A stretch of DNA of 64,000 nucleotides, taken from NCBI RefSeq assembly GCF_033026475.1, contig NC_090205.1, positions 5,973,544 through 6,037,543 of the forward strand. The letters run 5' to 3'. Each line of letters starts with the position of its first letter. Position 1 is the first letter of the stretch. The DNA is from Channa argus. Its lineage: Eukaryota. The translations under genes were made by a program, and so were the position numbers. The notes under the pieces were generated by a model, which was given only the letters and a program-made list of their open reading frames with translations, made no database searches and was not told the origin of the DNA. Shown here one piece after another: positions 14,774-26,923 of the stretch.

Positions 14774-15298
14774 CTAGCCTTCATTTTCTTTTCTGGGGTT
14801 GTGGGTGACTGAGAATATTCTCAGTTTTCTCGGTGATCCTCTCATCTTTCTCCAGCTTTTCAGAAGCTTTGGAGGTTTGTGGTACTTGATGATGCAAGTC
14901 CTGGCAGGCAGAAATGGCAGATGTGAGAATCCCCACTGGGACGCTGTGGGTGTGTGTGTGTGTGCGTGTGTGTGCGTCGGATTCTGGGTTGATTTCATTT
15001 TTTTACTTCGACACTTAGCAATCACCGGGAGAAAGGAAGCTCCAGTTGTAACAATGAACGTGCTTCCTGCTCTTCTCTCTGTCAATCCATCACTGAATTT
15101 CCTTTCCAGTGTAATTCCCATCGTTATTGCCCAATTTGTCATCCAGAAATTTTCTTGGACCCAATTACCTCCAGATCTACAGTAGCTCACACCATCAGTA
15201 TTTGCCAAGCTGGTGGCCAAGTCGTATGGTCCTGCCGAATTAGGACGTGATGATATATGCACCAGCACCAGTTTCGCTGCTGCCACATTGTGTTTCAC
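14774..15298 (-). other. Unassigned 174-codon open reading frame (GTG-initiated in the ORF track) with no recognisable family. It is a possible exon or transposon relic.
   Basis: ORF 14774..15298 (-): ...KHNVAAAKLVLVHISSRPNSAGPYDLATSLANTDGVSYCRSGGNWVQENFWMTNWAITMGITLERKFSDGLTERRAGSTFIVTTGASFLPV.... It runs through a (GT)n tract (the HTHAHTHT segment). The 5' ~85 codons are complex sequence. Confidence 0.15.
14948..14981. repeat. (GT)n/(GTGC) imperfect microsatellite. Other simple repeats: A18 at 214-231, (CA)n at 813-831, C-run at 5603-5628, (TGT)n at 10597-10617 and 12721-12746, (GT)n at 11671-11692, T-run at 12063-12086, (GT)n at 25275-25309, A-run at 35141-35169, (TTA)n at 35675-35703, T-run at 39477-39510, and (CA)n at 42958-42972 and 53211-53232.
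   Basis: Read directly from the sequence. Confidence 0.9.
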
Positions 15299-16853
15299 AG
15301 CTCAGGTAATGCAATTAGCTAATATAATCAGACAAAGTTGGCTGATGACAAGTACTTTGCAGGAATGTAAGGCTCCTGTAGACATGTGAAAACACCACAC
15401 AATGACACACTACTTCTCTGTGAACCTGTAATTTGATTTGAGGGTGATATTGCAGTGGCTTGTGTAATTTCTGAAACCTTTTATATACAATATAGAAATG
15501 TATACTAGAAAGACTGCTGCTCCTCTACATCCAGCACTCTATAAGACTTGACATTCTGTGAGTGTCTGGGAACTGAGGAGAGTGCTTTCATTTTAAAAGC
15601 ATTTTTTCCTATTCTTGCTGGATATAGGGTTTTAACTAAGGCCTCCTTAGTTGTAATTTTCAATTCATAATGTGCTAAATGTTTTGAGTGGGTGACAGGT
15701 CTGGACTGCAGGCAGGTCAGTTTAGCAAGCAGATTCTTTAGTGAGCAATGCTGTAATATGTGCAGAAATAAGTTGCTGAAGAACCTGTTTACACAGTTCA
15801 GCATTAATGGAGCCTTCAAAGTTATGCGGGTTTCGCATCACAGACTTTTGGATTGTGTGCTCATAACAAGACAGATGATTCCTCTTCTCTTCTGCCTGGA
15901 GTGTGCAGCTTCCTTGATTTCCAAAGCCAATTACGAATGTTAAAGGTTTTCTACTTCGACTCACTCCATTTTAAATCACTTTGGGCTCAGAGGAGGCAGC
16001 AGCATTTCTGGATCTTGTGTGCAAAGTTGTTTCTTTGCATGGTAGAATTTTCACATGCATTTGTGGATACAGCTATAAACCACGTTCAGCAGATCAAAAA
16101 AAACAGTCCCGTTTCTCAGACAAAAAAATTATATTCCCTTTAGACAAGGTAGCAAGCTTTTTGGAAATTAGATTAACATCCAGTCAGAATTAAAAATATT
16201 TGACTAAAAGCCTTTTCCTTACCTTCCAGTGTTGTTTGTTTTTTTGTTTCTTACAACAAGTAAGGAGACAGAGATAAATACGAAGCTATAGGCAGCAGGT
16301 GATTAGCATAGAATAGCATAAACAGGGAAAACACCTAAGCCAACCCTGATAAAATCCACCAGCACCTCAGCTGAAGCTCCCGTATTGCTCACAAATAAAC
16401 ACATAAATTCTAATTTGTTCAGTCTGTACACAACTAATCCTGCAAGAACATTCAAAAAATAAAGATCCCTGCACATAACTTGCTGCACAATTGAAACTTG
16501 TAAGTATAATATGTTGTCTCTTGGCTCAGTCTTCATATGTGACAGAAATTAAAGAGGTGTGTATCTTATTATTCATTAACTGTCATGAAAAGCAAAAACA
16601 GGTGTATCCTTTGTCCTACACTACTAAACTATTCTTTCAAACTACTTTTAATATAGAAATAATTAGTATTTAAACAATAGATCATGTAATGTACTGGATC
16701 CAAACCTAGAGAACAAACCTCAATACTTTTGAAAACGAGGCCCAAAGACTCTACTTCATCTAATTTCACACAATAGCTGACATGACAGTGAAGCATCTTG
16801 CAGCAGTGAGCAGGTTGTAATAACTAATCAGCAGATAATTATCATGTGCACAG

Positions 16854-16854
<1 letters not shown>

Positions 16855-16919
<65 letters not shown>

Positions 16920-16922
16920 TTT
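16855..16922. repeat. Compound microsatellite (CT)12 (TA)15 T16.
   Basis: Read directly from the sequence. Confidence 0.95.
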
Positions 16923-18599
16923 TGCAGAAATATGAATGCAGAAATAATTCCAGCTCACACAAGAATAGATTGCCTTAATTTATTAATAGTTGTACATGAT
17001 TACAAAGATGATGTGAAACGCCTGATTACAGATCTGTGTTAATGTGTTCTTCGCTCACAGGTTTGTAATCATGGAACTATTAATGTAGGAAGATGATCCA
17101 GACATCCCTGCTGCATCTACACACACTGCTAACCAGCTCTCAGCTTGTAGCTGTTGATGTTTAATAATAAATACCAGCGATTCATCTTCAGCACCAGATA
17201 ATCAAGCTTGTACCAAACAGGAATGGCTGCAAATCAGTAACATTGCTTAGAATCATGCCAACGTTGGGATCATTTTATAGTCCCATACAGATGATTTTCT
17301 GCTCTTTGTTAATCATGAGCTGAACAGTTACAAGGACGTAGACTTGAGCAATCGAGCATTATCAACATAAGTAGCAGGATTTATGCAGAGTGCAGAGCTG
17401 TTCTAAGTATTTTTGGAGGAAATTTATCCTAAAGATAAGACTGGGGATATTCTATGTTGTTCCTGCCTTGGATCTGATCTCACAAAGTGACCATAGGCAA
17501 CAAGGAATTGATCCAGAAACTATTAAAAAGGCATCAGTGAGCCAGAGCCATACACTGGGTGACACGTACCTCCATTACCAAGAGCATGAGCACTCCTTTG
17601 AGTCAATTCTAAATACACTGTCCCAGTGCTACAGACGGTAAATAGTGGGGGGGCTGAGCTGTGAGTATACTGGCATGAATAAAATGGGAGTGTGCAAGTA
17701 CTGATGTGCATGGATGGTGTAAAGAGAAGCTGTGCAGAGGAGCTCTTCGTGTCCATTTCCTTTCTGTGGCCTGGGGAGAGAAGCTGTGGAGGTGTTGAGT
17801 GGTCTTGGCTTCGAGGGCTCTCAGATCCGAGTTTTGTGAAGTGTTTCATCATAATCTGCTTTCACATCAGCTGTTTTGTCATCAATAGTTTATTTGCTGG
17901 AAACACTCCAATGTCACAGTGCTGTTTACAGTATGTACTGTAGTAGTGCATCTGTCTGTTCCCTGTCATCTCCCCTTCAGAGTAAAAAAAGTACGTCTGG
18001 CTCAATACCACCTGCTGTTATGGTGCATGGACGTGGGGACACAAATATAACAAGCTTTTATCTGTTGGTCACGAAACGACTTGTTACGTGTCCAATGTGT
18101 TTCGACCTGTAGCCTTCATCAGGGTCTGTTGAAAGCACAGAGGACAAAGACATTTAAATAGAATTGTGTGTAAAATTAAAAAATAAAATAAAACAACCAA
18201 TCATATACAAACTTAAATATGATAGCCAGTGAGAAACATATACATTGACATGTCATTGACACATTAACCTCGGATATATTTCATGTGTAAATATCCAGTC
18301 TTTTCTCTGCCACACGTCCCTACACCTTTTTCCACTTCGCTAATTATGAGTGATTACTTTTACTAGTATCATAGTTCATTCTTACCCAGCTTTCATCCCT
18401 TGCCATTGTCTTGAGCCTCTCAGCTTATCTCTGCCTGATCAGTAATTGCCTGGACTCTGTTTAAGCCAGTTTGCTCTTTTTCTGATTAAAAGAATATGTA
18501 CTCAGTGTAAAGTCTACACTGAAATGTCAGCCCCTACTCACATGGTTAATCCCACAGTTTAAGCAATACACCTATGATATTAGAGAAAACAGAGCAAAT

Positions 18600-18790
18600 G
18601 GTAAATGGTCTGCACTTATACACTTATACAGCGCTTTTCCACCTTATCAGTACTCAAAGTGCTTTACAGTTGCTTCACATTCACTCATTCCATAAATCGG
18701 CGGAGCCCCCATGCCAGACGCTCGCTTGACCCACCAGGAGCAACAGTTCAGTGTATGGATAACAGGAGCTGGAGATTGAACAGTGAATTT
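18600..18790 (+). repeat. Copy of a widespread teleost interspersed repeat (ggtaaatggtctgcacttatacagcgcttttc...actcaaagtgctttacag...cattcactcattc...ggcggagcccccatgccagacgctcgcttgacccaccaggagcaac).
   Basis: The highly characteristic motif series is known from many percomorph genomes. No coding capacity is present. Confidence 0.5.
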
Positions 18791-19796
18791 AAAGATATGT
18801 ATAACTCTGTAAAGATATAATAGAGCTCTGTAAAGATAAATACATTTATTTACAAGGAGAGTACTAATGCAGAGTGCATAGAGACACTGTGAAAGCTTCA
18901 CACAGCCCCGTATACTAAAGGAAACATGCAAATACTCCCATGTGACTGTACCGACAGTGAGTCCACTGTTAAAAGCTCCAAGGTGCTGCAGCACAAGCCA
19001 AGCATTTGTTGGTTGGTGTAACCACCTGCTCTGTTGTTGCAAAATCCTATAAAAAGATGTGTGAGTGCTATTTGTGTGGTGTGTTAGTTTTATCTCTGCT
19101 CTGTTCTCACCCAGAAAATGAAACCATCGGCGTTCCAGCCTGTACTCACTTATTGTTGAGCAAGGATGAATGTTTTTAAGCGTTTGCTTATTTTGGTGTT
19201 TGTTTGTTTGTTTTTTATTTTTTACAGAGGTTGTTATACAGTACGATGTCTACAGATGCAGAACCCGAGGTACAGTATGTGAAAAACCCCAGTAAAAGCA
19301 GCTTAAGTTTTCATCCAGAGGAGGGCAGCATGCTTTAAACACAGGAGTCTATGTGGATAAGTGGAACTGGTGTTTGTTCCAGGAACATTCCCTCACACGC
19401 ACTGTCAAGTGACTGACAGAGAAACTGCTTTAGCTCTTCTAACGTTTTTCAGTGTAAAAGCCTGAGAGGGTCAACACAATATCTAATGAAGTAGCCCGCT
19501 TTCAAAACAACCAAAGAGCTGCATTTCAGTGCTTTAATGAGTTGCCCTGTCCAGATTAGTCCAGACAAAATTTCAAACTTTAAAAAGAAAATTTAGAATT
19601 AGTAATGCGGTCAATGTTCTTTGTTAATTAAAGTGGAATAAAAAGAGCAGATGGTAAACGGAGAGCTGGTTTTAACCACAAAATGTACTGACAGATGGTT
19701 AATTCATAATTACACACCAGCATTTCTTATTTGAATATATATTTTTAAGGACCTACAAAGCTGCAGAAAGAAACTAGTAACTCTATGCATCTGTTC

Positions 19797-20020
19797 AATA
19801 TCCATCCATTCTCTATAACCTCTTATCTTGTTCAGGGTCATGAGGGGCTGGAGCCTCCGTGGAGAGGTCCCCAGTCTATCTCGTGAGAGACATACACAGA
19901 CAGACAACCACTCACACTCACATTCGAACCAATGAACGTCACATGCATGTTTTTGGACAGTGGGAGGAAACCGGAGTATCCACACAGGCACAGGGAGAAC
20001 ATGCAAACTCCACACAGAAA
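19797..20020 (+). repeat. Teleost dispersed repeat (atccatccattctctataacctcttatcttgttcagggtc...gggaggaaaccggagtatccacacaggcacagggagaacatgcaaactccacacag). Partial copies lie at 9296-9400 and 51075-51112.
   Basis: Three copies share the gggagaacatgcaaactccacacag core. The longest carries the typical 5' head. Confidence 0.5.
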
Positions 20021-20289
20021 AGCTGGCACATAAATACACAACTAAAGCTGTAAATCATGTGTAGCACAGCAAAGTAGGCTACAATATTCTGTGTATTGTA
20101 GTTGAGTGAAAGTTAGACTAAATGGAAATACTTTATTGAAGTACCCTTAAAACTTTACCCAAGTACAGCACTTAGCTAAATGTATTTAATAAGCATCTCT
20201 GTCTCTCAGGTGTGGAAATAAGCACTTGATGCTAGATCTCTTTAAATCTTGAAACATTTTCCAACTGGTTCAAAGAAAACGACTTTTAT

Positions 20290-20510
20290 TTTGAAGCCAG
20301 ACCGGAAGACACAAGGTTGCTGTCGTAACGCAGGTAGCTTGCGGCGGTACTGTTAGCTTGTCGCTGCGTCGGACGGCTGTGCTTTCTGACAGCTGTGTGT
20401 GTCCCATCTGCAAGTTCCCTGTCCAGTAAGTGTGTTTGAATATTTGTCAAATAGGACGGAAGTGTCATGAAACTGTGACATTAACGCTCGCTCTCGACGT
20501 TTCCTGTCAG
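20290..20510 (+). promoter_or_regulatory. parp4: CpG-rich promoter and non-coding first exon of parp4. The splice donor gtaagt lies at 20511 and the intron is ~285 bp.
   Basis: This is the only CpG-dense stretch in the window (cgtaacgcagg, gcggcggtac, gtcgctgcgtcggacgg, cgctcgctctcgacg). It ends at cctgtcag|gtaagt. The first coding exon follows an acceptor cctacag at 20794. The upstream boundary was not determined. Confidence 0.5.
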
Positions 20511-20794
20511 GTAAGTTACCTGCTAGCTAAGATTGTATTTACGGGCAACACGGGACTTTCCCTGCACGTAGAAACACTTTAATTGACAACCGTCATAGTG
20601 TTCGTGAAGGAAACTTTTCGCTGGTGTTGCTGCCTTGATTTTGTCGCAGCGCCGTTTGGGGTTTGTTTCCGCGTTAGATTCCCAGCAGTTTACAGTGAGG
20701 TGTGTCACTGTACATAACACACCCACAGGACAAGAGAGCGCAGCCGCTGTGTTAGCTCATAATAACTTTAGTGGTTGTGTCCCGGTCCCTACAG

Positions 20795-20922
20795 CCATGG
20801 CTGTCTTCGAGAAGTGCGCCGTGCTTTTGGAGCTGAAAGGTTTGCCCTTCAAAGAGAAGAAGAAGTTGAAGTCGGCGATAACAGAGAATGGAGGCAGCCT
20901 TTCCTTTGTGGTCAATAAACAG
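20795..20922 (+). CDS. parp4: parp4 exon 2 (start codon at 20797). It encodes the start of the BRCT domain: MAVFEKCAVLLELKGLPFKEKKKLKSAITENGGSLSFVVNKQ.
   Basis: Kozak-like gccATGg. The peptide aligns with the vertebrate PARP4 N-terminus (human ...LKVKYLPQQQKKKLQTDIKENGGKFSFSLNPQ). The donor is cag|gtcagt. It is in frame with the ORF-track entry 20635..20985. Confidence 0.85.
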
Positions 20923-21055
20923 GTCAGTGCTTGTGATCCTGCTCAGTCACACTGCGTGTTGTCTGCAGGCTACTTCCTTACATGACTTCCTCCCAGTCCA
21001 TTTGCTGTCTGCTGAATATTGTAGCCAAACGACAAAGTTCGACTGTTTCCCACAG

Positions 21056-21266
21056 TGCTCGCTGATAGTGACCGGTGATGTGTCCAACCTGAGCGCCAGC
21101 AGGCTGCGCAGCATCCACAAGCACCAGACTCCTGTGGTGGGAGTGGGTTATGTCTTCGCTTGTCTGGACAGAGGAGTTCTTCTGCCCGTGGATGAATACA
21201 AGCTGGAAATGTCCTCCCCCTTCGGGTCATCACTTACTTCAGTTCCCGTCTTCTCACCGACTCAAG
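21056..21266 (+). CDS. parp4: parp4 exon 3 (BRCT): CSLIVTGDVSNLSASRLRSIHKHQTPVVGVGYVFACLDRGVLLPVDEYKLEMSSPFGSSLTSVPVFSPTQ.
   Basis: Acceptor cccacag|tgc, donor caag|gtcctc. The peptide matches human CTHIILDNADVLSQYQLNSIQKNHVHIANPDFIWKSIREKRLLDV. It lies inside ORF 20888..21409. Confidence 0.8.
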
Positions 21267-22951
21267 GTCCTCTCTCACTTTATCATCTCAATAGGTGGAA
21301 ATTGTATCCAAAAAAGGGGTTGATGGTAAATTCCAAGCAGATTTTGCTAAGAAAAATTCGACGCACTGCTTTTGTATTTTTTTTCGGTTTATGTGGATGT
21401 GAGTCATAATGTTAATGAGAAAATTATATTCAGCTTCCATTTATCAAGGTCATATGCTTTAGTTGAAAATAGTTGAGTAGATTTGCTCAAGCAGGACATT
21501 TAAGTACGATTTTAGTGTTTGGAGAATTTCTGTTTTACTTTTACATTTATGAGTTGCAGTAAATAGGTGTAGTTGCAGTACTTCTGAGATTGAAACAAAG
21601 CCAATAAAATATTGTAAATAAATACATTCTGACATATTTATAATGAAAAGTAAATAAAAAAAATATAAATAAAAAGTAAAAAATGTGTTACCCCTTTTGG
21701 ACATAAAATCTTTACTTAACTCTAAATTAGTCCTACCTTTTTCCAGCTGCAATGAAATGATGTAAACATTAGTACATATCCAATGATATCATGAACACTA
21801 TTCTGAAAATAAGTCACTTTGCATAATGAGTAACTCTTTGCACTATGAAGTTACAAAATGGAACTTAAGCCAGTGCAAGCAAGAGACATAAATCCTCTCT
21901 GCTTTACCCAGTCCTCCCTCTTTCTACTCTGTTGTGCTCTGCTACAGCCCTTGAAATGTGTTAGTCATTATCAAAGTATATTAAGTAAATAAGAATACTT
22001 CAGAACGCCGTCATCAGAATTAATGGTGTATCAATAAGGAATTCATAATTGAAATTCTTTGATTGGTTAGAAGGTTACAGTCTGATATCATAGGAGCCAT
22101 CAATAAAACCTAGAATAGAATTTTTGGACCATTTGTCTAGTAAAATCTTAATCCCCAAAAAGTGACATACTGTAGCTTTAAGTATATTTTGCTGCTAATA
22201 CTTTGTACCTTCACTTTATAGACATGTAGAATGCAAGACTTTAACCGCCTATTTCAACACTTATACTTGATTAAATGTGTATGAAACGTTTATGGAAAGG
22301 ATTGCTACTAGAAATGTAACATTTCACATTTGTGGTGGTGCGAAAACATAAAGAAATGATGTTAATCAAAAATATAAAACTGAAAATAAGTAATTGCATA
22401 AAGATGTGCCCCTTTCGAAGTAACTGGGGGAGGCCTAATGAATTGGACAGCTTTTCCCTATTAATTACTTTCACGTTTCTTGTTTGGAGTAATTCTGATA
22501 TTTCCGAATACATAATATGTATCTGTTTACATATCTAACTAAGACCCATTAGAAACATGTTGGAATTAAATTCAAATTGTTTTGAAGTGTACAACATTCA
22601 TTAGTTGGTTCAGTCAGAGGTATATTTGCAGCCTCAGCATGTGACAGGCCTTAAGTAGAATCTGTACTCCACCCAGTTGCAGCACAATGACTCATTATGG
22701 TTTTATTTGCACTGATCATTCAAACATGTCAGAGCTTCTATAGCTGTCAATGCTGGCTCAATACGTCCACGTTGATGTATGGACATTCCTTAGGTTCCAG
22801 ATAAGCTAATTCCAGCCTGCAGCAGCGTTGTGCAATGAGTGTGTACACAGGCTAAGTCTGTCAATTTAAATGCATTTAAACGCTCTTGTGATCCATCTGA
22901 CATGAGATTATGTGAGTAGTAAATATGTTTGTTCTGTCTTGTACATTTTAG

Positions 22952-23081
22952 TGTCTAAAATACCAACAAAGAAAGCAGTTGTTGAATCACCCAAAGACCA
23001 GGCCAAGCCTGTGGACTCTGTCAGACTGACTCGAATGGTAGAGGCTCAAGAGAGGAGTGGAAATGTCTTGGATAAATTCAG
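22952..23081 (+). CDS. parp4: parp4 exon 4: VSKIPTKKAVVESPKDQAKPVDSVRLTRMVEAQERSGNVLDKF.
   Basis: Acceptor ttttag|tg, donor ttcag|gtgtgg. The phase is continuous with exon 3 (1 nt carried over). It lies inside ORF 22912..23103. Confidence 0.7.
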
Positions 23082-23598
23082 GTGTGGAAGACGATCATGC
23101 TGAACATGCATATTAATATGTAACATTAACATTGGGGACTAAATAGCATACAGTTAAATCATATTAATTGATTGTGGTTAAAGGTTCAGGCATGTTTTTC
23201 TTTTCTCTCTTTAAGCAGTCCCTGCTCCTTCATTTATAGACTTAAGACTATAGAACTAAAGTAGTTTCCACACACCCACAGGCAGAGTGTTCTTTGGCAT
23301 CTGAAGGTGCAGTCCACCATATTAATCATTTTGTAATCATTTTGATCACATTTCATAAGGAATTTAAAGCATTAGGAATTTAAATCTCAGTGTTATTCTG
23401 CTGACAATGCAGTTGAACCTCACACACCTTTAACCACTGCTCACATTTATTTGTCAGATGGGGGTAGACACACACCACAAGAGCGTAAAGGCTAAGTTTA
23501 GTTTTCAAACACCTCTACAGAAACATGTTTTCCCAATAACATGTATAGTTTGGAATATTATTGATCTTTGCATTTTTGTCAATTGTTAAATTTCACAG

Positions 23599-23677
23599 AA
23601 TTTACACGGAAAGTGATTCTGATCTTCCAACATATCCAGATAATTTTCAAGTGGCCAAGTATTCTGTCTTTAATAAG
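23599..23677 (+). CDS. parp4: parp4 exon 5: (R)IYTESDSDLPTYPDNFQVAKYSVFNK.
   Basis: Acceptor tttcacag|a, donor aag|gtaaag. It matches human PHLPQDFEVAKYNTLEK. The phase closes to 0. Confidence 0.7.
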
Positions 23678-23766
23678 GTAAAGCTGAAATTAACTTTTTA
23701 GCTTTTTCATATTGCAATACAATAGTGCTAGAATTACTATTATTAATCATGTGCACTTTTCTTCAG

Positions 23767-23871
23767 ATAAACAGCAACACTTGGTGTGTGCTGGAACTGC
23801 AGAGTGTCAAAACAGAGAATGGACGTCAGTACCGCGTGGTCCGCTACTGGAACAATGATATTGTAGCCAAG
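23767..23871 (+). CDS. parp4: parp4 exon 6: INSNTWCVLELQSVKTENGRQYRVVRYWNNDIVAK.
   Basis: Acceptor ttcttcag|ata, donor aag|gtgtga. It matches the human EAVVVELQCSRDSRD region. Length 105 nt, phase 0. Confidence 0.65.
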
Positions 23872-24362
23872 GTGTGAAGTCTTGTGTACATTATTGCTTG
23901 TACTGCATGTCAATACACAGGTAACATTTCTTTGGCTTATAAGCAAGTTGGCAATAACTCTTGTCAATATGATAATAAAAACAAACTGCAGTTGACATTA
24001 AATGGTTTTCTGTCAAAATTTTGTGTTTAGTTGCTGTGCTTGTAAATTTACTGATTACGTTGCCCATCTGTTATTTGGTCTGTGGCTTCAAGAACTGTCA
24101 AATTAAACATCTGTTCCTACAGTTCTTCTGCAGAGACTTTTGTAAGCTATTGTTTTTCCTTTTAATCTTAAAGCATACTCCCTAGTGTACTGTGCCATTT
24201 GAAAACAAAAAGTTGCAGCAGTGTTATAGTTAAAGCCTTATTTATCAGTTTAGCATTTTTCTGCATTTCAGCCGTTACAAGGACAGTCAAGTTCTCGAGG
24301 CAGACTAATTCCTTTTTAGCCCCACCAGTAATCTACATTTGGGACTGTGCTTATGCCAACAG

Positions 24363-24521
24363 AAGGCAGCAGTGAGGGACATGCTGGTGTTTCCGCCCAC
24401 ATCGGAAGATGCTCTGGAGGTGTACCTGGCCCTGAGAGAGACCCTGCAGAATACTGGTCTGCAGCTGCAGAGCGACATCCCTCTACAGGCCCGGGATCTT
24501 GGCTCCAGCCCCCTGCAGCAG
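24363..24521 (+). CDS. parp4: parp4 exon 7: KAAVRDMLVFPPTSEDALEVYLALRETLQNTGLQLQSDIPLQARDLGSSPLQQ.
   Basis: Acceptor ccaacag|aag, donor cagcag|gtctga. It is in frame with ORF 24339..24527 and matches human FAIKKTSEDASEYFENYIEELKKQGF...QLASEQLQ. Confidence 0.8.
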
Positions 24522-25006
24522 GTCTGACATTCCCAGGCTGCACAAAACTTGGACAGTTTACACATTATGCAGTTGTATTCAAACCAAGAAAAGCTGCTGT
24601 GATTCATAAAAACTGGAATTGCCTGCTTTAATTCAAGGCATTCTGGGTATTGTGATAGTCCTCTACCATCATCATACATATATCATCCCATATTCCCATA
24701 AATATATATAGTGATACATATGTAATAAATCCAGAGAAAAATAAAATAGTTCACCAGCTTTAAAATGGTTTTTCTTTAACACTTGAACTAAAATGTGTGG
24801 GAGGTGGTTCTTAACACTACCTAGTAAGGTTTTACACCATCTCCACACATTTATTTTTCTGACTTTACAAAGATGTTTCTGATGTTCATCAATAGTTTCT
24901 TAATTGTTAGGTTTTAACTAGACTTGTGTTGTTATGACATCTGAAGCCTCTGCAGGAGCCATTGTGTAGCTCATCTTTTGATTGACATCCTCTGTTATAC
25001 TGGCAG

Positions 25007-25144
25007 CTGCTGCTAGAAGAGAAGCTGAATACAGGAAGCTTATCGCAGGACGTGGGTGTATTTGTGGAGCTGCTATGGACAGAGGCCCTCGGCTGCCTTG
25101 GCAGCATCCTCAGAGTTTCGATTGACAAACTGAGCCTCAATGAT
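25007..25144 (+). CDS. parp4: parp4 exon 8: LLLEEKLNTGSLSQDVGVFVELLWTEALGCLGSILRVSIDKLSLND.
   Basis: Acceptor ctggcag|ctg, donor aatgat|gtaagg. It matches human ALLLEEVMNSSTLSQEVSDLVEMIWAEALGHLEHMLLKPVNRISLND. Confidence 0.85.
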
Positions 25145-25310
25145 GTAAGGTCTTTTGTGTGGATTCTTCAGTAAATATCTGTCCCAGACTACTGAAACCA
25201 TTTGTCCCAGCAGCCTGTTGTTTATTTCAGCTCAGAGAAAAACTCTCATCACAGAGCTTATTAGAGTTGTGTGTGTGTGTGTGTGTATGTGTGTGTGTGT
25301 GTATTTGTAG

Positions 25311-25478
25311 GTAAGCAGGGCAGAGGGTTTGTTGCTTCAGGCTCAGAGGAAACTAAGCGAGGCAAATCACACTGAGGCAACATCTCTCCTGGAAGAAGTT
25401 TACACCCTACTGCCACACCGAGCACCCCAGTTACCTCCCAATGCCAAGCTCATCTCTCAGAAACTGGATCTCTGTCAG
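25311..25478 (+). CDS. parp4: parp4 exon 9: VSRAEGLLLQAQRKLSEANHTEATSLLEEVYTLLPHRAPQLPPNAKLISQKLDLCQ.
   Basis: Acceptor tttgtag|gta, preceded by a (gt)n microsatellite; donor tgtcag|gtaaca. It is in frame with ORF 25329..25544 and matches human VSKAEGILLLVKAALKNGETAEQLQKMMTEFYRLIPHKG...KADLCQ. Confidence 0.85.
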
Positions 25479-26195
25479 GTAACAGAGAACATACACACAT
25501 GCTCTAAAATGTGCAATGTTATGCATTTATATTACAGTTTATAACACACTGTACATGTACAAGACTAGTATAGAGTTGCTCTGTACTAATTAATGGAAAA
25601 AAAAGACAGATATCGCTGTTACCTTGGCAACATGGTATGGAACAAAACAGCAGCTGCTAGAGGCAAAGCTGATCGTTACCACTTTATGTACTCATAATCC
25701 TTTTAATCAGTATAATACTCATCATTTATTAGTTGGTTGTATTTTCATAAAGCTGTAAAATAAATGTAATGGAGTAAAAGTCTATGCTTTACCGCTGAAT
25801 GAGTGAGGAAAAGGGACATAAAATGGAAAAACTCCCGTACAGTTCAGTAAAGTAGCAGAATTTCTAAAGTATAGCACTTAGTACTTATCACCTCTGCATG
25901 CTGATGTAGGCAGGAGAATGTCTGTTAATCAGTGTTGATAAATACTGAATGATAAGTCCAATAAAACACACTGCAGGTTAAAAACTTAGAGTAGATATGA
26001 TTCAAATCTGATATTGTTACACTACCACCACATTGTTTAATGTGATTTTGACTTGTATTAATTTCAGTCCAAAGAAAATGCATGAATATATTTTTTGAAC
26101 TCTCAAGGCTTTCAAATACATACATGCATACATCTGTACACATATACCTTGAGCATATCTAGGCTTAACATGAACATTATCATTTCTGTGTCAAG

Positions 26196-26347
26196 TTACT
26201 CAGAGATGTCCTGAATGTGAGTGAAATGACTCTGAGAAGTCCTATGCCGTCCTGTCTGGGGAAGTACCGTGCTCTGAGATGCAGCATTGAGACAGTTCCT
26301 TCCAGCAGCTCTGAGTTTCGAGCTGTGACTGCTCTGCTGCAGAACAG
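26196..26347 (+). CDS. parp4: parp4 exon 10: LLRDVLNVSEMTLRSPMPSCLGKYRALRCSIETVPSSSSEFRAVTALLQN.
   Basis: Acceptor tgtcaag|tta, donor aacag|gtagtt. It matches human LIRDMVNVCETNLSKPNPPSLAKYRALRCKIEHVEQNTEEFLRVRKEVLQNH. Confidence 0.85.
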
Positions 26348-26923
26348 GTAGTTTGCTGTGTTAAGATGCACGACACCTGTTGCAATTGTATTTATTGTCA
26401 CAAACCCACCAGAAAATACCTTCTGTCATAAAGTGAGTGTCATTGTTCAAGTCGAGAACAGCTTCTTGCTGTTCTATGCTTCCAACTTGCAGCTTTTTAA
26501 TGTAGTTTACATTCACTGCTTTTCTTTACTCTGCATGTCCACCAACCACTACAGATTTGTTAAGGTCTATGATTCACACATTTTACACATACAAGAGTCA
26601 AGTAAGAGTCAAGAGGCAAGAGTCAAGTAAATATCAAATAGGATAGTAGTTTAAAAACATAGTATACGAGTTCTCAAGATGTAGAAAATACAGATTTTTT
26701 AATATTAAACATACCATTCAAAATAAGTGGAAAATGGAGAAACCTTAAATGGATGGGAGTTATTGAAGTAAACCTCTTTGTGCCTTTAGTGCTTTAAAAC
26801 AGCCCACAACTTTAAAATACCGTTTAATGAGTATTTCATGTTTATTCTATTCGTATTCCATTCTCTTCTTTACATTCAGATACAAATACATATTTTTGGA
26901 TGTGTGTGTGACATGCTTTGCAG

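Noticed and set aside
20888-21409. 173-aa ORF taken as a single large exon
   Set aside because: Only its central part (21056-21266) is homologous to PARP4, and it is bounded by good splice sites. The rest is intronic read-through.
24305-24679. 124-aa and 75-aa minus-strand ORFs in a GC-rich region
   Set aside because: They are antisense to parp4 exon 7, which is GC-rich with few stops. The sense-strand homology is unambiguous.
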